From: a bacterium
Lineage (GTDB): Bacteria > UBA8248
Reading direction: 5' to 3'
NCBI GenBank assembly: GCA_965221165.1
Contig: CBDCRP010000003.1
Coordinates: 1,920,001 to 1,984,000 of the forward strand
Length of the DNA: 64,000 nt
A program made the position numbers and the translations under genes. Under the pieces are notes generated by a model. That model was given only the letters and a program-made list of their open reading frames with translations, did no database searches and was not told the origin of the DNA. This document shows, piece by piece, positions 48,170 through 57,959 of the stretch (within the stretch, counting starts at the first letter, position 1; every line of letters starts with the position of its first letter).

Positions 48170-49483
48170 CTATTCGTTCAGGGGGAGCGGCCTGTGGAGA
48201 AACGCGCGCGCATCCGCCCCCTCGTAGTCGGAGACCAAGTGGCCGTTTCCCTCGAGCTGGTATTTATAGGTCACCAGGCCATCGAGACCCACGGGACCGC
48301 GCGCGTGTATCTTATCCGTGGCGATTCCCACTTCCGCGCCGAAGCCGTAGCGGAAACCGTCCGCCAGGCGCGTGGATGCGTTCCACATGACGCTGGCGGC
48401 ATCCACCCTCGACAGGAAAGTCCGCGCCGCCGCCTCGTCCGAGGTGACGATGGCGTCGGTGTGGCGCGAACCATAGCGGTTGACGTGATCGACGGCTTGG
48501 GCCAGGGATTCCACCACCCGCACGGAGAGGATGAGGTCGAGATATTCCGTCTTCCAGTCCTCCTCGTTCGCTGCGCCCGCATTTTGGAGAATCGCCCGCG
48601 TCGCATCGCAGCCCCGGATGGCCACTCCCTTTTCCTTAAGCGCCCCGGCGGCCAGGGGGAGGAATTCGCCCGCTTTTTTCTCATGCACCAGAAGCGTTTC
48701 TATCGCGTTGCAGACGGCGGGGTACTGCGTTTTGGCGTCCAGGGCCAAGCGCACGGCCATCTCCGTCTCCGCCGCTTCGTCCACGTATAAATGACAGACC
48801 CCGTCCGCGTGGCCCAGAACCGGGATGCTCGAATGCTCCTTGATGTAGCGGACGAACTCGTTGCTCCCGCGCGGGATGAGCAGGTCGACCGCATCGTCGC
48901 GCGAGAGGAGGGCCTGCACGTCCTCGCGCGCCTCGACGAGTTGCAGAGCGGCCGGCGGAATCTCCCCGGCCGATGACGCCGCGTCTCTCAACAACTCCGA
49001 CAAGAGGCGGTTCGTGTGCGCGGCCTCGCGGCCCCCCTTGAGGATGGCGGCGTTTCCCGATTTGAGACACAGCGAGGCTATCTGCACCAGCGCATCGGGT
49101 CTCGATTCGAACACGGCGGCGACCACGCCCAAGGGACACGTGACCCGCCTGAGCGTGAGTTCCTCATCGAGCAGGGTCGCCATGCGCGCCACGCCCAGCG
49201 GATCGGGCAGAGCGGCCACCGCGCGCACGCCGTCCGCCATCTGCGTGATTTTGCGCTCATCGAGCGCCAGGCGTTTGAGCAGCGGCTCGGACATCTCTCC
49301 GCTCGCCACGAGTGGCTTCGCCTCGGCTCCGTCCTCTTCGTTCGCTTCGAGGATTCGCCGCGCGTTCTCATCAATCGCGTCCGCCACGGCGAGCAATGCG
49401 CGATTCCGCACCTCATCGCTCAAGGGCGCCAGCGCGAGCGCGGCACTCCTCGCCGCCCGGCATATGGAGTCTATATCGCTCAA
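48170..49483 (-). CDS. proA: Gamma-glutamyl phosphate reductase
   Basis: FESRPD, LKSGNAAILKGG, IPRG, CNAIETLL, NASTRLADG, HARGPVG. Confidence 0.97.
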   Translation of the reverse strand: MSDIDSICRAARSAALALAPLSDEVRNRALLAVADAIDENARRILEANEEDGAEAKPLVASGEMSEPLLKRLALDERKITQMADGVRAVAALPDPLGVARMATLLDEELTLRRVTCPLGVVAAVFESRPDALVQIASLCLKSGNAAILKGGREAAHTNRLLSELLRDAASSAGEIPPAALQLVEAREDVQALLSRDDAVDLLIPRGSNEFVRYIKEHSSIPVLGHADGVCHLYVDEAAETEMAVRLALDAKTQYPAVCNAIETLLVHEKKAGEFLPLAAGALKEKGVAIRGCDATRAILQNAGAANEEDWKTEYLDLILSVRVVESLAQAVDHVNRYGSRHTDAIVTSDEAAARTFLSRVDAASVMWNASTRLADGFRYGFGAEVGIATDKIHARGPVGLDGLVTYKYQLEGNGHLVSDYEGADARAFLHRPLPLNE

Positions 49484-49556
49484 GGTGAATCTCCCTCATC
49501 AAATCTTTCAGACCGGCTGTGGATTATAGGCCGACGCGAATACACCGGCAAACGAA

Positions 49557-50453
49557 TCATGCTCTTTTCTTCTTCCATTCCTCATGACGCCGCTCGACGT
49601 AATCGAGGATGACGGGCGCGACCTCGGGACCGCCTGCGCGCTCCACGCCCTCGAAGCCGGGGGCGGCGTTCACCTCCAAAACCAGGGGGCCTCGCCTGGT
49701 TTCCAGCAAATCCACGCCTGCGATTTCGAGACCGCACAGTTTCGCGGCGCTTTTCGCGAGTTCCGAGGCTCGTTTGGTGGGGGCGGCTTTTCGGACGGAG
49801 CCGCCGCGATGCAAATTCGTGCGAAACTCGTTTCTGGAAGCACTCCTCCTCACGGCGGCCGCCACTTCGCCGCCGACGACGATGACGCGCAAATCCCCCT
49901 TTTTTGCCTCCTCCACGTATTCCTGAACGATGGCGTCTCGTTGCAGGTTCCACATCACGTCGGAGATGGCTTGCGCTTCTTCGACGTCGTGGGCGCGCAT
50001 GACGCCCTTGCCCTGCGTGCCGCGAGGCAGCTTCATCACGACGGGCGCGCCGCCCACGCTCTCGAGCGCCGCGCGCAGATACTCCGGGTCCGGGGCGAAC
50101 GCCGTCTTCGGCACCGGCAAGCCGTTTTGCGCCAGAAGCTGTAAGGTGCGGAGCTTATCCCGCGCCGTCTCGAGCGCGTGAGAGCCGTTGACCACCAGGG
50201 AGCCTGCCGCTTCCAGGTGACGGATAAGCGCCAGGGAATGCTCGGATATGTTCGCTCCCAGACGCGGGAGAAAGACATCCGCCCCCGGGAAGGATTTGCC
50301 CCGAAACTCGAGCGAAATTTCTCCCTCGTTTATTTTGAGTAAAAACCGGTACGGGTCCAGAACGCGCACCCGGTGCTTTCTGCGCCTGGCGCTCTCTGAA
50401 ATTCTCCGCACGCCGTGTAAGGTCTCGTCTCGACACAAGATTCCGATTCTCAC
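49557..50453 (-). CDS. rimK: RimK family alpha-L-glutamate ligase
   Basis: ARDKLRTLQ, GTQGKGV, DLRVIVVG, FRTNLHRGG, LEVNAAPG. Confidence 0.88.
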   Translation of the reverse strand: MRIGILCRDETLHGVRRISESARRRKHRVRVLDPYRFLLKINEGEISLEFRGKSFPGADVFLPRLGANISEHSLALIRHLEAAGSLVVNGSHALETARDKLRTLQLLAQNGLPVPKTAFAPDPEYLRAALESVGGAPVVMKLPRGTQGKGVMRAHDVEEAQAISDVMWNLQRDAIVQEYVEEAKKGDLRVIVVGGEVAAAVRRSASRNEFRTNLHRGGSVRKAAPTKRASELAKSAAKLCGLEIAGVDLLETRRGPLVLEVNAAPGFEGVERAGGPEVAPVILDYVERRHEEWKKKRA

Positions 50454-50644
50454 CCTTCACTCCCGCCCAATTCATGAATGAGCAGAGATTCTAGCATCCA
50501 GGAGGATATATGCGCAGTGAGGTTCGACCGAGAAGACCATGAAAGTGGGGATTCCCCTCCCGGCGGCCCTTTGCCGGATGGCGTGGGCCACCAGGGGGGA
50601 GGTATGTGGGGCGCGGCCCATTGGTTGGGCCACGGCAGGATTTC

Positions 50645-51121
50645 CTACGCGGCTCTCTGAAGAGCCTCTTTCGGTTGCACCCGCTCCTGCTTCTGAACCA
50701 GCAGGACATGGACGTTCAGTCTTTTCACAAGACGGGGGGCGAGGCGCGCCAATCCAAAGCGGCGTCCCAGCCATCCTTCTTCCCCGGCGCCGATGAGAAT
50801 GAGGTCGGCTTCGAGCTTCTCCGCCCTTTTAGACACCTCATGCAACGGAGCGCCGTTGGTGATGGAAACCTCCACGCGCAGGCCCCTGTCTTCGAGTTTT
50901 CGCCGCAAGGGCTCTAAATACCCTTCGCCCGAGCGGGTGCGCGCATCGTGAATCTGATCGGCGTATAACGTGTAGCCTTCCAGTTGCCTCGACTGCATGA
51001 CGCCGCTTTCCAGCAATTGCAGATGAATGATCTTCGGGCTCGCCGAGAGATGAGCCACCTCATGCACGGCGGCTTCCGCCTCTTGCGAGCCATCCAATGG
51101 AATCAAAATTCGCTCATACAT
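50645..51121 (-). CDS. Universal stress protein
   Basis: MYERILIPLDGS..A, ADLILIG, VHVLLV. Confidence 0.85.
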   Translation of the reverse strand: MYERILIPLDGSQEAEAAVHEVAHLSASPKIIHLQLLESGVMQSRQLEGYTLYADQIHDARTRSGEGYLEPLRRKLEDRGLRVEVSITNGAPLHEVSKRAEKLEADLILIGAGEEGWLGRRFGLARLAPRLVKRLNVHVLLVQKQERVQPKEALQRAA

Positions 51122-51158
51122 TGTTTCTCTCCGTTTCCTGAACTCGTAAACCATTTTT

Positions 51159-51359
51159 CTAGGCGGCTTTCCGCAGTTCCGTTTGTGGGGTGATGGCGTA
51201 GAGCAATTTCGAATCGACCAAATCCGCCTTGGCGTCATTCGAAAGCGCGGCCTTCGCCGGAGGATGATGGATGATGCTGATAGTCATGAACCACCAGATC
51301 GCGGCGAATGCGAAAAACACGGGGATAGCCGTCATCGCGTACACCTTGAGAAATTCCAT
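51159..51359 (-). CDS. Small single-TM protein
   Basis: AGGAGG RBS; MEFLKVYAMTAIPVFFAFAAIWWFMTISII. Confidence 0.7.
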   Translation of the reverse strand: MEFLKVYAMTAIPVFFAFAAIWWFMTISIIHHPPAKAALSNDAKADLVDSKLLYAITPQTELRKAA

Positions 51360-51419
51360 CTCTCGCCTCCTTTCCCTCGTCATAACGGTACTCAGGAAAC
51401 AACCTTTACCTATTTAATA

Positions 51420-51436
51420 AGCAAAAACCGTGCCAA
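51420..51436 (-). promoter_or_regulatory. Sigma54 (-24/-12) promoter
   Basis: TTGGCACG-GTTT-TTGCT, a consensus match, followed upstream by an AT-rich region. Confidence 0.85.
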
Positions 51437-51674
51437 AACGAGAGAATTCCATGAACCATCAAATTTACAAGGGGTTATCAGATTATATCCGGCAGGAAGG
51501 AGATCAAAAAGAAGTTATATTCAACGAAATATCGTTATTTTATTATTTATCGCGCGCCTTTTGTCAAAAACAACCAGAACGGGGAATGCGGGAAGAGGAT
51601 GAAAAGGCGAGGCCATGGAGGACTGAGGGTGGCGGCTTCATCCATCAATCCCCTTGAATCCCTCAAGCGACTCC

Positions 51675-52331
51675 TCATTTGTTCAGGCGGCCGAAAAAAT
51701 AGCCCGCGCAAAGACCCAGAACGACCCAGAACACCAACGAGCCCACGAGCGCCGTGAGGATGAAACTGTTCACGAGCGCCTCGGGAGCCAGGCCGCCGCC
51801 CGCTTCGGGACGCGGGGGGCCGATTACGTGCGGCAAAATGAGGAGGACGACCCCCAATGCCTTGAAGAGCGCCCCCGGCTTGAAGGCCAGCAAAAGGAGC
51901 CCTGCGGCCGTGCCCGCCACGGTGAGAATCCACCAAAGCTGCCTGTGCGGCAGGGGCGCGGCGGCGGTTCCGGGGAGTTCGGGCGGCAGGCCCACCGAGG
52001 GCGCGAGAGCGAAGACGATGAATCCGCCCACCCCCCAGAGGATGCCCCGCCGCCAGTCCACGTCCCCGCGAAGGGCGAACCCGCCGACGAGCAAAAGCGC
52101 GAAACCAATCGCCGAGACGACGTTCGAGACCAGGGTGAGCGCCAAGCGCGAGAGGCCATCCCCCTCATCCGCATGGTCTTCATGGGTCTGGGGAATGGGG
52201 ATGGGTTCTCGCCTCTCGTATTTTTCCGCCTCGTATATCAAGGGGATGACGCGAACCGACTGGACGGCGGTGGCGAAAAGCCCCGCGATTACGCCCGAGA
52301 CCACGGCCGCAAAAAAGATTCTCTGGAACAC
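51675..52331 (-). CDS. cbtA: CbtA family putative cobalt transporter
   Basis: PLIYEAEKYE, His-rich loop, GILWG, LAPSVGLPPELPGT, RQLWW, LPHVIGPP. Confidence 0.9.
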   Translation of the reverse strand: MFQRIFFAAVVSGVIAGLFATAVQSVRVIPLIYEAEKYERREPIPIPQTHEDHADEGDGLSRLALTLVSNVVSAIGFALLLVGGFALRGDVDWRRGILWGVGGFIVFALAPSVGLPPELPGTAAAPLPHRQLWWILTVAGTAAGLLLLAFKPGALFKALGVVLLILPHVIGPPRPEAGGGLAPEALVNSFILTALVGSLVFWVVLGLCAGYFFGRLNK

Positions 52332-52376
52332 CTCAGCTCCCCCGGTCGTCCGTAAACGCAGGGCGCGGCTCGGTTT

Positions 52377-52760
52377 TTACTTCATCTCCATCATCTCGAC
52401 GACGACGCCGTCGGGGCCTTCCACGTAGGCGAAATAGAGCTCGTCCGCCTCGCCTTCGGCGATGACGTTTCCGCCACGGGAGCGGACCTCTGCGACCGCA
52501 TCGCCGATTTTGCCCTCCACGCAATACGCATAGTGGTCGATGCTGTAGCGCGGCCAGCCGCCCGGCCTCGCCGCGAGTTCCTCGCCGTCCCGCTTGCCGC
52601 GAATGATGATGCTCGCCCCGTGAACGTCGAGATAGACCTGCGGCGCGCCGCCTCTGTCGATGCGGTTGGTCTCGGTCGCTCCGAAAACGTTCATGTAGAA
52701 GGCCACCGCCTCGTCCACGTCGGTGTGCACGCAATGAATATGATCGAACGTCAGCTTCAT
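52377..52760 (-). CDS. VOC family protein
   Basis: FDHIH, IDHYAY, GPDGVVVE. Confidence 0.88.
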   Translation of the reverse strand: MKLTFDHIHCVHTDVDEAVAFYMNVFGATETNRIDRGGAPQVYLDVHGASIIIRGKRDGEELAARPGGWPRYSIDHYAYCVEGKIGDAVAEVRSRGGNVIAEGEADELYFAYVEGPDGVVVEMMEMK

Positions 52761-52812
52761 TTCTTCTTATCTCCCGTTGGGTATGGATTGAAAAACCTGC
52801 GTTTCGCTTCCT

Positions 52813-53250
52813 TCAAGCCGCCGGGTCCACCCAGTTGAGTTCGAGCAGATTTCCGTCGGGGTCCTTGAAAAAAATCGTTTTTCTCTCGGGCACGCGGGAC
52901 AATATGCCGGAGAGCAACTCCACGCCCGCATCGCGCAGGTGCGCCACGGCCGCTTCCATGTCCTTCACCCAGAAGGTGAGGTAGCGAAAACCCGCCGCCG
53001 AATCCGCCGGCCCATCGCTTGCGGCGGGACTTTCGCCGAATTCGAGCAGCTTGATCAGGATATCGCCCGATTTCAAGGCGTGGAGCTTCACGCCGTCTCG
53101 CGCAAAACCCGCCGCGCGCACGAAATCGCCCGGCACCTCGATAGTCGCCACCTCTTCCAAGCCGAGCACCTCGGTGTAGAATTTTTTCATCTTACGTAAG
53201 TTTCTCGTCGAAAGCCCTATGTCCACACCGCCGCGCGTGGTCTCGAACAT
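52813..53250 (-). CDS. VOC family protein
   Basis: FYTEVLGL, FFKDPDGNLLEL. Confidence 0.88.
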   Translation of the reverse strand: MFETTRGGVDIGLSTRNLRKMKKFYTEVLGLEEVATIEVPGDFVRAAGFARDGVKLHALKSGDILIKLLEFGESPAASDGPADSAAGFRYLTFWVKDMEAAVAHLRDAGVELLSGILSRVPERKTIFFKDPDGNLLELNWVDPAA

Positions 53251-53488
53251 ACCCCTCTCCTCATGGACGCTCCCCGAAAAGGGAGTGAACCTCCTTATTC
53301 GCGTTGCGCAAAATAAAGGTCGAAGATACATTATTTCCACATAAAGAGAAAATATACCGGAGGGTGCGCGCCGCGCGAGAGAGAACGATCCATAGGCGCT
53401 CTTCTCCGCAAGGGAGCGGTTTCATCGGCAAGGGTAAGTGGAGAGTGAACCAGGTATGCGCAAGGCCCCGGCGTTTTCTCTATAACGT

Positions 53489-54223
53489 TTAAGAATCCGC
53501 CACCGGCGGCCAGATGCGCCTCCCCGTACTCGGGGATCCGGGCGCATGCACGAGACTGCCCACCATCTCGCGCGACCAGTCCTCGCTTTCGAGCTCTTTT
53601 TGAAAATAATGCTCGACCGACGAGTTCAGGTCGAACTCATAGAGCACGGCGTGCTTGGCCCATCCGTACACCGAAACCAGCTTGCGCATGCCCACGCAGC
53701 CCTCGAGCGTCCGCATCCGGGGAAAGCGAAGCTGCACGTACCACGCGCCCATGCCCTCCTCGTTGGCGAGCGCGTTGATGTTGAAACTCCCCATCTGGAT
53801 TCTCGGGCCCGGCGTGATGCCCGGAGCGCGCTGCGCAATCTCGGGGCCGTCGATGCGCCCCGTTTCCACGAAAACACACGCGCGCGCGCCCAAGCGCATC
53901 CCCAGCATCTCGCGCTCATCCGGTCCCCAGCCCTCGGCCAACTGCGCAGGAGAGGGGTTCAGGAACGTGTGTACGCTCTCGGCGCCGAAAAGCATCAGAT
54001 ATCCGTTGCCCTCCGGCACGGAGGGGTCTTCGGTATGCGTGAGGCGCCTGTTCACGTTTTGCTTGCGCTCCTCGCTCTTGTCGTTGTCCACGTGCGCCGC
54101 CCACAGGTAGCCGGGCCGCTCCAGCATTTCCGGCAGATGCACGTCGTGAAGCCATGCGATGTACTCTTTCGCCCCCTCGGCGGGCAGGTCGTACCACGTC
54201 GCCCAAATTGCTCTATCCATCAA
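53489..54223 (-). CDS. Hypothetical protein, possibly a tandem dimeric alpha+beta barrel (EthD-like)
   Basis: Two related halves: YIAWLHDVHLPEMLERPG and MGAWYVQLRFPRMRTLEG. Confidence 0.6.
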   Translation of the reverse strand: MMDRAIWATWYDLPAEGAKEYIAWLHDVHLPEMLERPGYLWAAHVDNDKSEERKQNVNRRLTHTEDPSVPEGNGYLMLFGAESVHTFLNPSPAQLAEGWGPDEREMLGMRLGARACVFVETGRIDGPEIAQRAPGITPGPRIQMGSFNINALANEEGMGAWYVQLRFPRMRTLEGCVGMRKLVSVYGWAKHAVLYEFDLNSSVEHYFQKELESEDWSREMVGSLVHAPGSPSTGRRIWPPVADS

Positions 54224-54258
54224 AATTCTCCATGTGCGTCATATCCCCACCCATCGAC

Positions 54259-55821
54259 TCATCTTGTGTTTCCATTCGATCTCTTGTACTCGCGGCGGGG
54301 TTCTATCCCCAGTTTCTTCATCCGGCTCTGAAGCGTCGTGGGCTTCATCCCCAAGATGCGAGCCGCTCCCCTGTCTCCGGAAACCCGCCCGCCGGTATGC
54401 TCCAGCACCTGCAGAATATAGCGTCTGTCATACTCTTCGAGCGACGTGAAGTCACCCTCTTTCGCCGAGGGGGGAGGCTCGCCCAAAAGCTGCTTGTCGA
54501 ACCGGAGAACCGGGCCGCGCCCCAGGACGAGCCCGCGCTCCACCACGTTCTCGAGTTCTCTGATGTTTCCGGGCCAATCGTAGCGCATGAGACGTTCCAG
54601 AGCCTGAGGGTCCACGGATTTGATCTGCCGGTTCATGCGGCGTCCATGCTTCCCCACGAAATAATCGACCAGTTCGGGAATATCCTCCTTGCGGTCCCTG
54701 AGCGGCGGGGTATCGATGGGTATCACGTTCAGGCGAAAGTAAAGATCGTCGCGAAACCGGCCCCGGCGGACTTCTTCCTCCAGATCCCTGTTCGTGGCGG
54801 CGATGATTCTCACGTCCACCTTGAGCGTCTGGTTGCCGCCGACCCTCTCGAACTCCCGCTCCTGCATGACTCTGAGAATCTTCACCTGCGCCTCGGGGGA
54901 TATTTCGCCTATTTCATCGAGAAAAATCGTGCCCTTGTCCGCAATCTCGAAGCGGCCCTGTTTTCTGCCCACGGCTCCGGTGAACGCGCCCTTCTCGTAG
55001 CCGAACAACTCGCTCAGCAGCAGCGTCTCCTGCAAAGCCGCGCAGTTCACCTTCACCAGCACGCGGTTTCGGCGCGCGCTCATGTTGTGGATGCCCCGCG
55101 CGACGAGTTCCTTGCCGGTTCCCGTCTCGCCCAGGATGAGCACCGTGGCGTCGGTGGGCGCAACCCGGCCAATCAGTTCCCTGACTTCCTCCACTGCCCG
55201 GCTCGAGCCGGTGAGTTCATCCGGATTGTGGATCTCCTTTATCTGATCCCGCAGATGAAGCGTTTCCTGGTGAAAATCATCCTTTATCTCTTCGAGTTGG
55301 GCGTAGGTCCGCGCGTTCGCCACGGCCGTGGCGATGGCCGGCGTGAGTTCACAGAGAAACTCGGCCATCTCCTCGGTAAACTGGTCGGGCATACTGCTGG
55401 CCACGGCGATTTCGCCGAAAACGTCATCGCCTATGACGAGTGGAGCGCGAATGCCGCTCCTCAGGCCGCGCCGGAAAACGCCTTCATCCTCGGCGAAAAA
55501 GCGTTCCCTGTCCAAATCCCTGTAAATGACGTAGGGTTCTTCTCGATGCTCGATGAGCCAGCCCAGCGTACCGCCCTCGAGCGGTATGTCTTCACGAGGC
55601 GCTTCTAGTATCTCGTCACTCGAAGCGAGCGCCCGGATGGTGTAGGTCTTCTTGTCCGGGTTGACGAGATAGAGCACGAAATGCTCCAGCGGGAATATCG
55701 CCTTCGCCTCGTGCGCCACGCGGCTCAAGACGACTTCCAGGTCCAGGCTCGAATTGAGCACGTGGCCCACCCGCTGGATGACGCGCAGTCTCTCTTCGGT
55801 GGATAGTGTGTGAACAACCAA
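54259..55821 (-). CDS. Sigma54-dependent activator (GAF-AAA+-HTH, FhlA/NifA-like)
   Basis: GETGTGKE, GAFTGA, FLDEIGE, DLYFRLNV, WPGNIRELEN, C-terminal HTH. Confidence 0.95.
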   Translation of the reverse strand: MVVHTLSTEERLRVIQRVGHVLNSSLDLEVVLSRVAHEAKAIFPLEHFVLYLVNPDKKTYTIRALASSDEILEAPREDIPLEGGTLGWLIEHREEPYVIYRDLDRERFFAEDEGVFRRGLRSGIRAPLVIGDDVFGEIAVASSMPDQFTEEMAEFLCELTPAIATAVANARTYAQLEEIKDDFHQETLHLRDQIKEIHNPDELTGSSRAVEEVRELIGRVAPTDATVLILGETGTGKELVARGIHNMSARRNRVLVKVNCAALQETLLLSELFGYEKGAFTGAVGRKQGRFEIADKGTIFLDEIGEISPEAQVKILRVMQEREFERVGGNQTLKVDVRIIAATNRDLEEEVRRGRFRDDLYFRLNVIPIDTPPLRDRKEDIPELVDYFVGKHGRRMNRQIKSVDPQALERLMRYDWPGNIRELENVVERGLVLGRGPVLRFDKQLLGEPPPSAKEGDFTSLEEYDRRYILQVLEHTGGRVSGDRGAARILGMKPTTLQSRMKKLGIEPRREYKRSNGNTR

Positions 55822-55914
55822 CGCTGCTCCCCCCGGCTTACAAAATGAGAAAGGAAGGCTATCATATAAAAAAGATTTTGGGATTCATAATTCTACCGAT
55901 AAAAAGATCATGCC

Positions 55915-57078
55915 ATGAAACCGCTATCACTTTACATCCACATTCCCTTTTGCATCGCCAAGTGCGGGTATTGCGATTTCAACTCCTACGCCCTCGATAC
56001 CCTCCTGGAGAAGGGCCACGTCGACGACGACTGGGCGGGCCGCTATGCGGATGCGCTGATGGAGGAAACGAAAGGCCGCGTCGAGGAATTTTCCCTGGAA
56101 GACCGGAGGGTGGAGACGATATTTTTCGGCGGGGGCACGCCCTCGCTCTTTCCGCCCGAGGAGACGAAGCGCGTTCTGGACCTCGTCACCGGGTCGTTCG
56201 ACCTGGATGCCGATTGTGAAATCACGCTGGAGGCGAACCCCGGGGCGGCGGAGGCCGAGCGCTTCGCCGCATTGCGCGAGGCGGGCATCAACCGCATCAG
56301 CATCGGCGTGCAGACGTTCGATGACGGGGCGCTTAAAAGACTCGACCGGGTTCACTCGGGCGATGACGCCCAAAAAGCGTTTCGCGCGGCACGCAAAGCC
56401 GGGTTTTCCAACGTTTCGCTCGACCTCATGTTCGGCATTCCGCACCAGACGATGGCCATGGCCAGGCGGGACATCGAATGCGCCATCGGTCTCGGGCCCG
56501 AGCATCTCTCCGCCTATGAACTCACCATCGAGCCGGGCACGGCGTTTCATGCGCAACAGGCGCGGGGAGAATTGAGCGGCCTTCCCGACGAGGAAACGGC
56601 CCTGCTCATGTGGACGCTCAGGGATTCGACCCTGGCCGCCGCCGGTTTCGAGCGCTATGAGATCAGCAATTTCGCAAAACCCGGGTTCGCGTGCAGGCAC
56701 AACCTGAATTACTGGCGGCGGGGGGACTATCTCGGCCTCGGCGCAGGCGCGCATTCTCTCATGGAGGGGGAGCGTATATGGAACCACGCCAGGCCCGACG
56801 TCTACGCGCAGAGCGCGAGCGGCCCCACCGCCGGCGCCGAGCGTGTGGATGAACCGCAAAAAGCGATTGGCGAGTCCTTGATGCTCGGACTCCGCATGAA
56901 AGAGGGCGTTTCGCTCAAACGAATCGCGCAGGAATGCGGCGCAGACCCCGAGGAGGAGTTCGGGGAGTTGTTTGAAGAGCTGGAGAACTCCGGCCTGGTG
57001 GCGAGGCGGAACGGCCACCTTCTCTTGTCGGAAAAAGGAACGCTTCTGGCCAATCAGGTATTGGCGAAATTCTTGTAG
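55915..57078 (+). CDS. hemW: Radical SAM heme chaperone
   Basis: LYIHIPFCIAKCGYCDF, GGGTPS, EANPG, YEISNF, HNLNYW. Confidence 0.93.
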   Translation: MKPLSLYIHIPFCIAKCGYCDFNSYALDTLLEKGHVDDDWAGRYADALMEETKGRVEEFSLEDRRVETIFFGGGTPSLFPPEETKRVLDLVTGSFDLDADCEITLEANPGAAEAERFAALREAGINRISIGVQTFDDGALKRLDRVHSGDDAQKAFRAARKAGFSNVSLDLMFGIPHQTMAMARRDIECAIGLGPEHLSAYELTIEPGTAFHAQQARGELSGLPDEETALLMWTLRDSTLAAAGFERYEISNFAKPGFACRHNLNYWRRGDYLGLGAGAHSLMEGERIWNHARPDVYAQSASGPTAGAERVDEPQKAIGESLMLGLRMKEGVSLKRIAQECGADPEEEFGELFEELENSGLVARRNGHLLLSEKGTLLANQVLAKFL

Positions 57079-57090
57079 AGGAGAGCGATT

Positions 57091-57510
57091 ATGCCTCCCG
57101 TGGCGGTCATCGAAAAAATACGCGCGCCCGCGGAAAAAGTGTTCGATTTCATCGGCCACGTGCAAACGCATCCCGAAATCGCGGATTTCAGCCAGAGCGT
57201 AAAAATCATATCCGAGCGAAAAAGCGGGGTGGGTATGCGCTTTCACCAGGTCTACACGAGCGGGGCCGAGCACGTCTCGGAAATCATGGTCTGGGAGCCG
57301 AACAGAAAAATCGTGTGGCACAATTTCGAGGACGATGCGAAAACGCCCGTCATGATCATCAGCTACTACTTCGAGGAAGAAGGCCCCTACACCCACGTTC
57401 TACACACGGTCGAGACCGATGAATACGAAAACCAGGCCAAACACCGCGACGGCACCTTGAGAAACATCCGCGAACTCACGAACCTGAAGAGGATTCTGGA
57501 GGGGACTTAA
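57091..57510 (+). CDS. SRPBCC family protein
   Basis: IRAPAEKVFDFI..HPE, GVGMRF, WEPNRKI, C-terminal helix. Confidence 0.8.
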   Translation: MPPVAVIEKIRAPAEKVFDFIGHVQTHPEIADFSQSVKIISERKSGVGMRFHQVYTSGAEHVSEIMVWEPNRKIVWHNFEDDAKTPVMIISYYFEEEGPYTHVLHTVETDEYENQAKHRDGTLRNIRELTNLKRILEGT

Positions 57511-57540
57511 GTCGATTATCCCGTTGAGAAACCCACGGGA

Positions 57541-57957
57541 CTATAGTTCCTTGGGAGATGACTTGTAGAATCTGAAGACCCTAGGTGTTGTATGTTCTGA
57601 TGATTCAAGGCCCTGACAAATTTTCGATAATATTGATTCGCTTATAGGCGTGTGTGACTGAAATTTATTTTCGTGGATGCCCTTTGTGAGTTTATTTACC
57701 TCCTCTATTCGGGCTTTTCGGTAAACGACGAAGCTTTTACGTTTCACAAATCTATGCTCGCCAGGTTCCAGAACACAGGCGGGATCATGATTTTTATGGT
57801 CATAAATGGTTGAAAGACTTACAAGCAACACTCTCTTAACGCCATCGCCCATATCGTCAAATGGATTCGTGAGAACAACGAACAAGTGCATCCGATCAGG
57901 GTCATCATCAGGCCCGGATGGAATAAGGAGAGTAGCTCCTGGATATGGCAGGAACAT
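57541..57957 (-). CDS. Putative toxin, possibly PemK/MazF-like fold
   Basis: Starts 2 nt after the Panacea stop; HLFVVLT, LLVSLST, LEPGEHRFVKRKSFV; AT-rich. Confidence 0.6.
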   Translation of the reverse strand: MFLPYPGATLLIPSGPDDDPDRMHLFVVLTNPFDDMGDGVKRVLLVSLSTIYDHKNHDPACVLEPGEHRFVKRKSFVVYRKARIEEVNKLTKGIHENKFQSHTPISESILSKICQGLESSEHTTPRVFRFYKSSPKEL

Positions 57958-57959
57958 TC

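Noticed and set aside
50480-50644. Riboswitch upstream of rimK
   Set aside because: GC-rich hairpins only; no recognisable aptamer consensus.
54154-57396. Long ORFs 54154..55608 (+) and 55927..57396 (-), and similar shadows such as 2928..4349 and 25804..27180
   Set aside because: Antisense frames of well-supported genes, as expected in GC-rich DNA.
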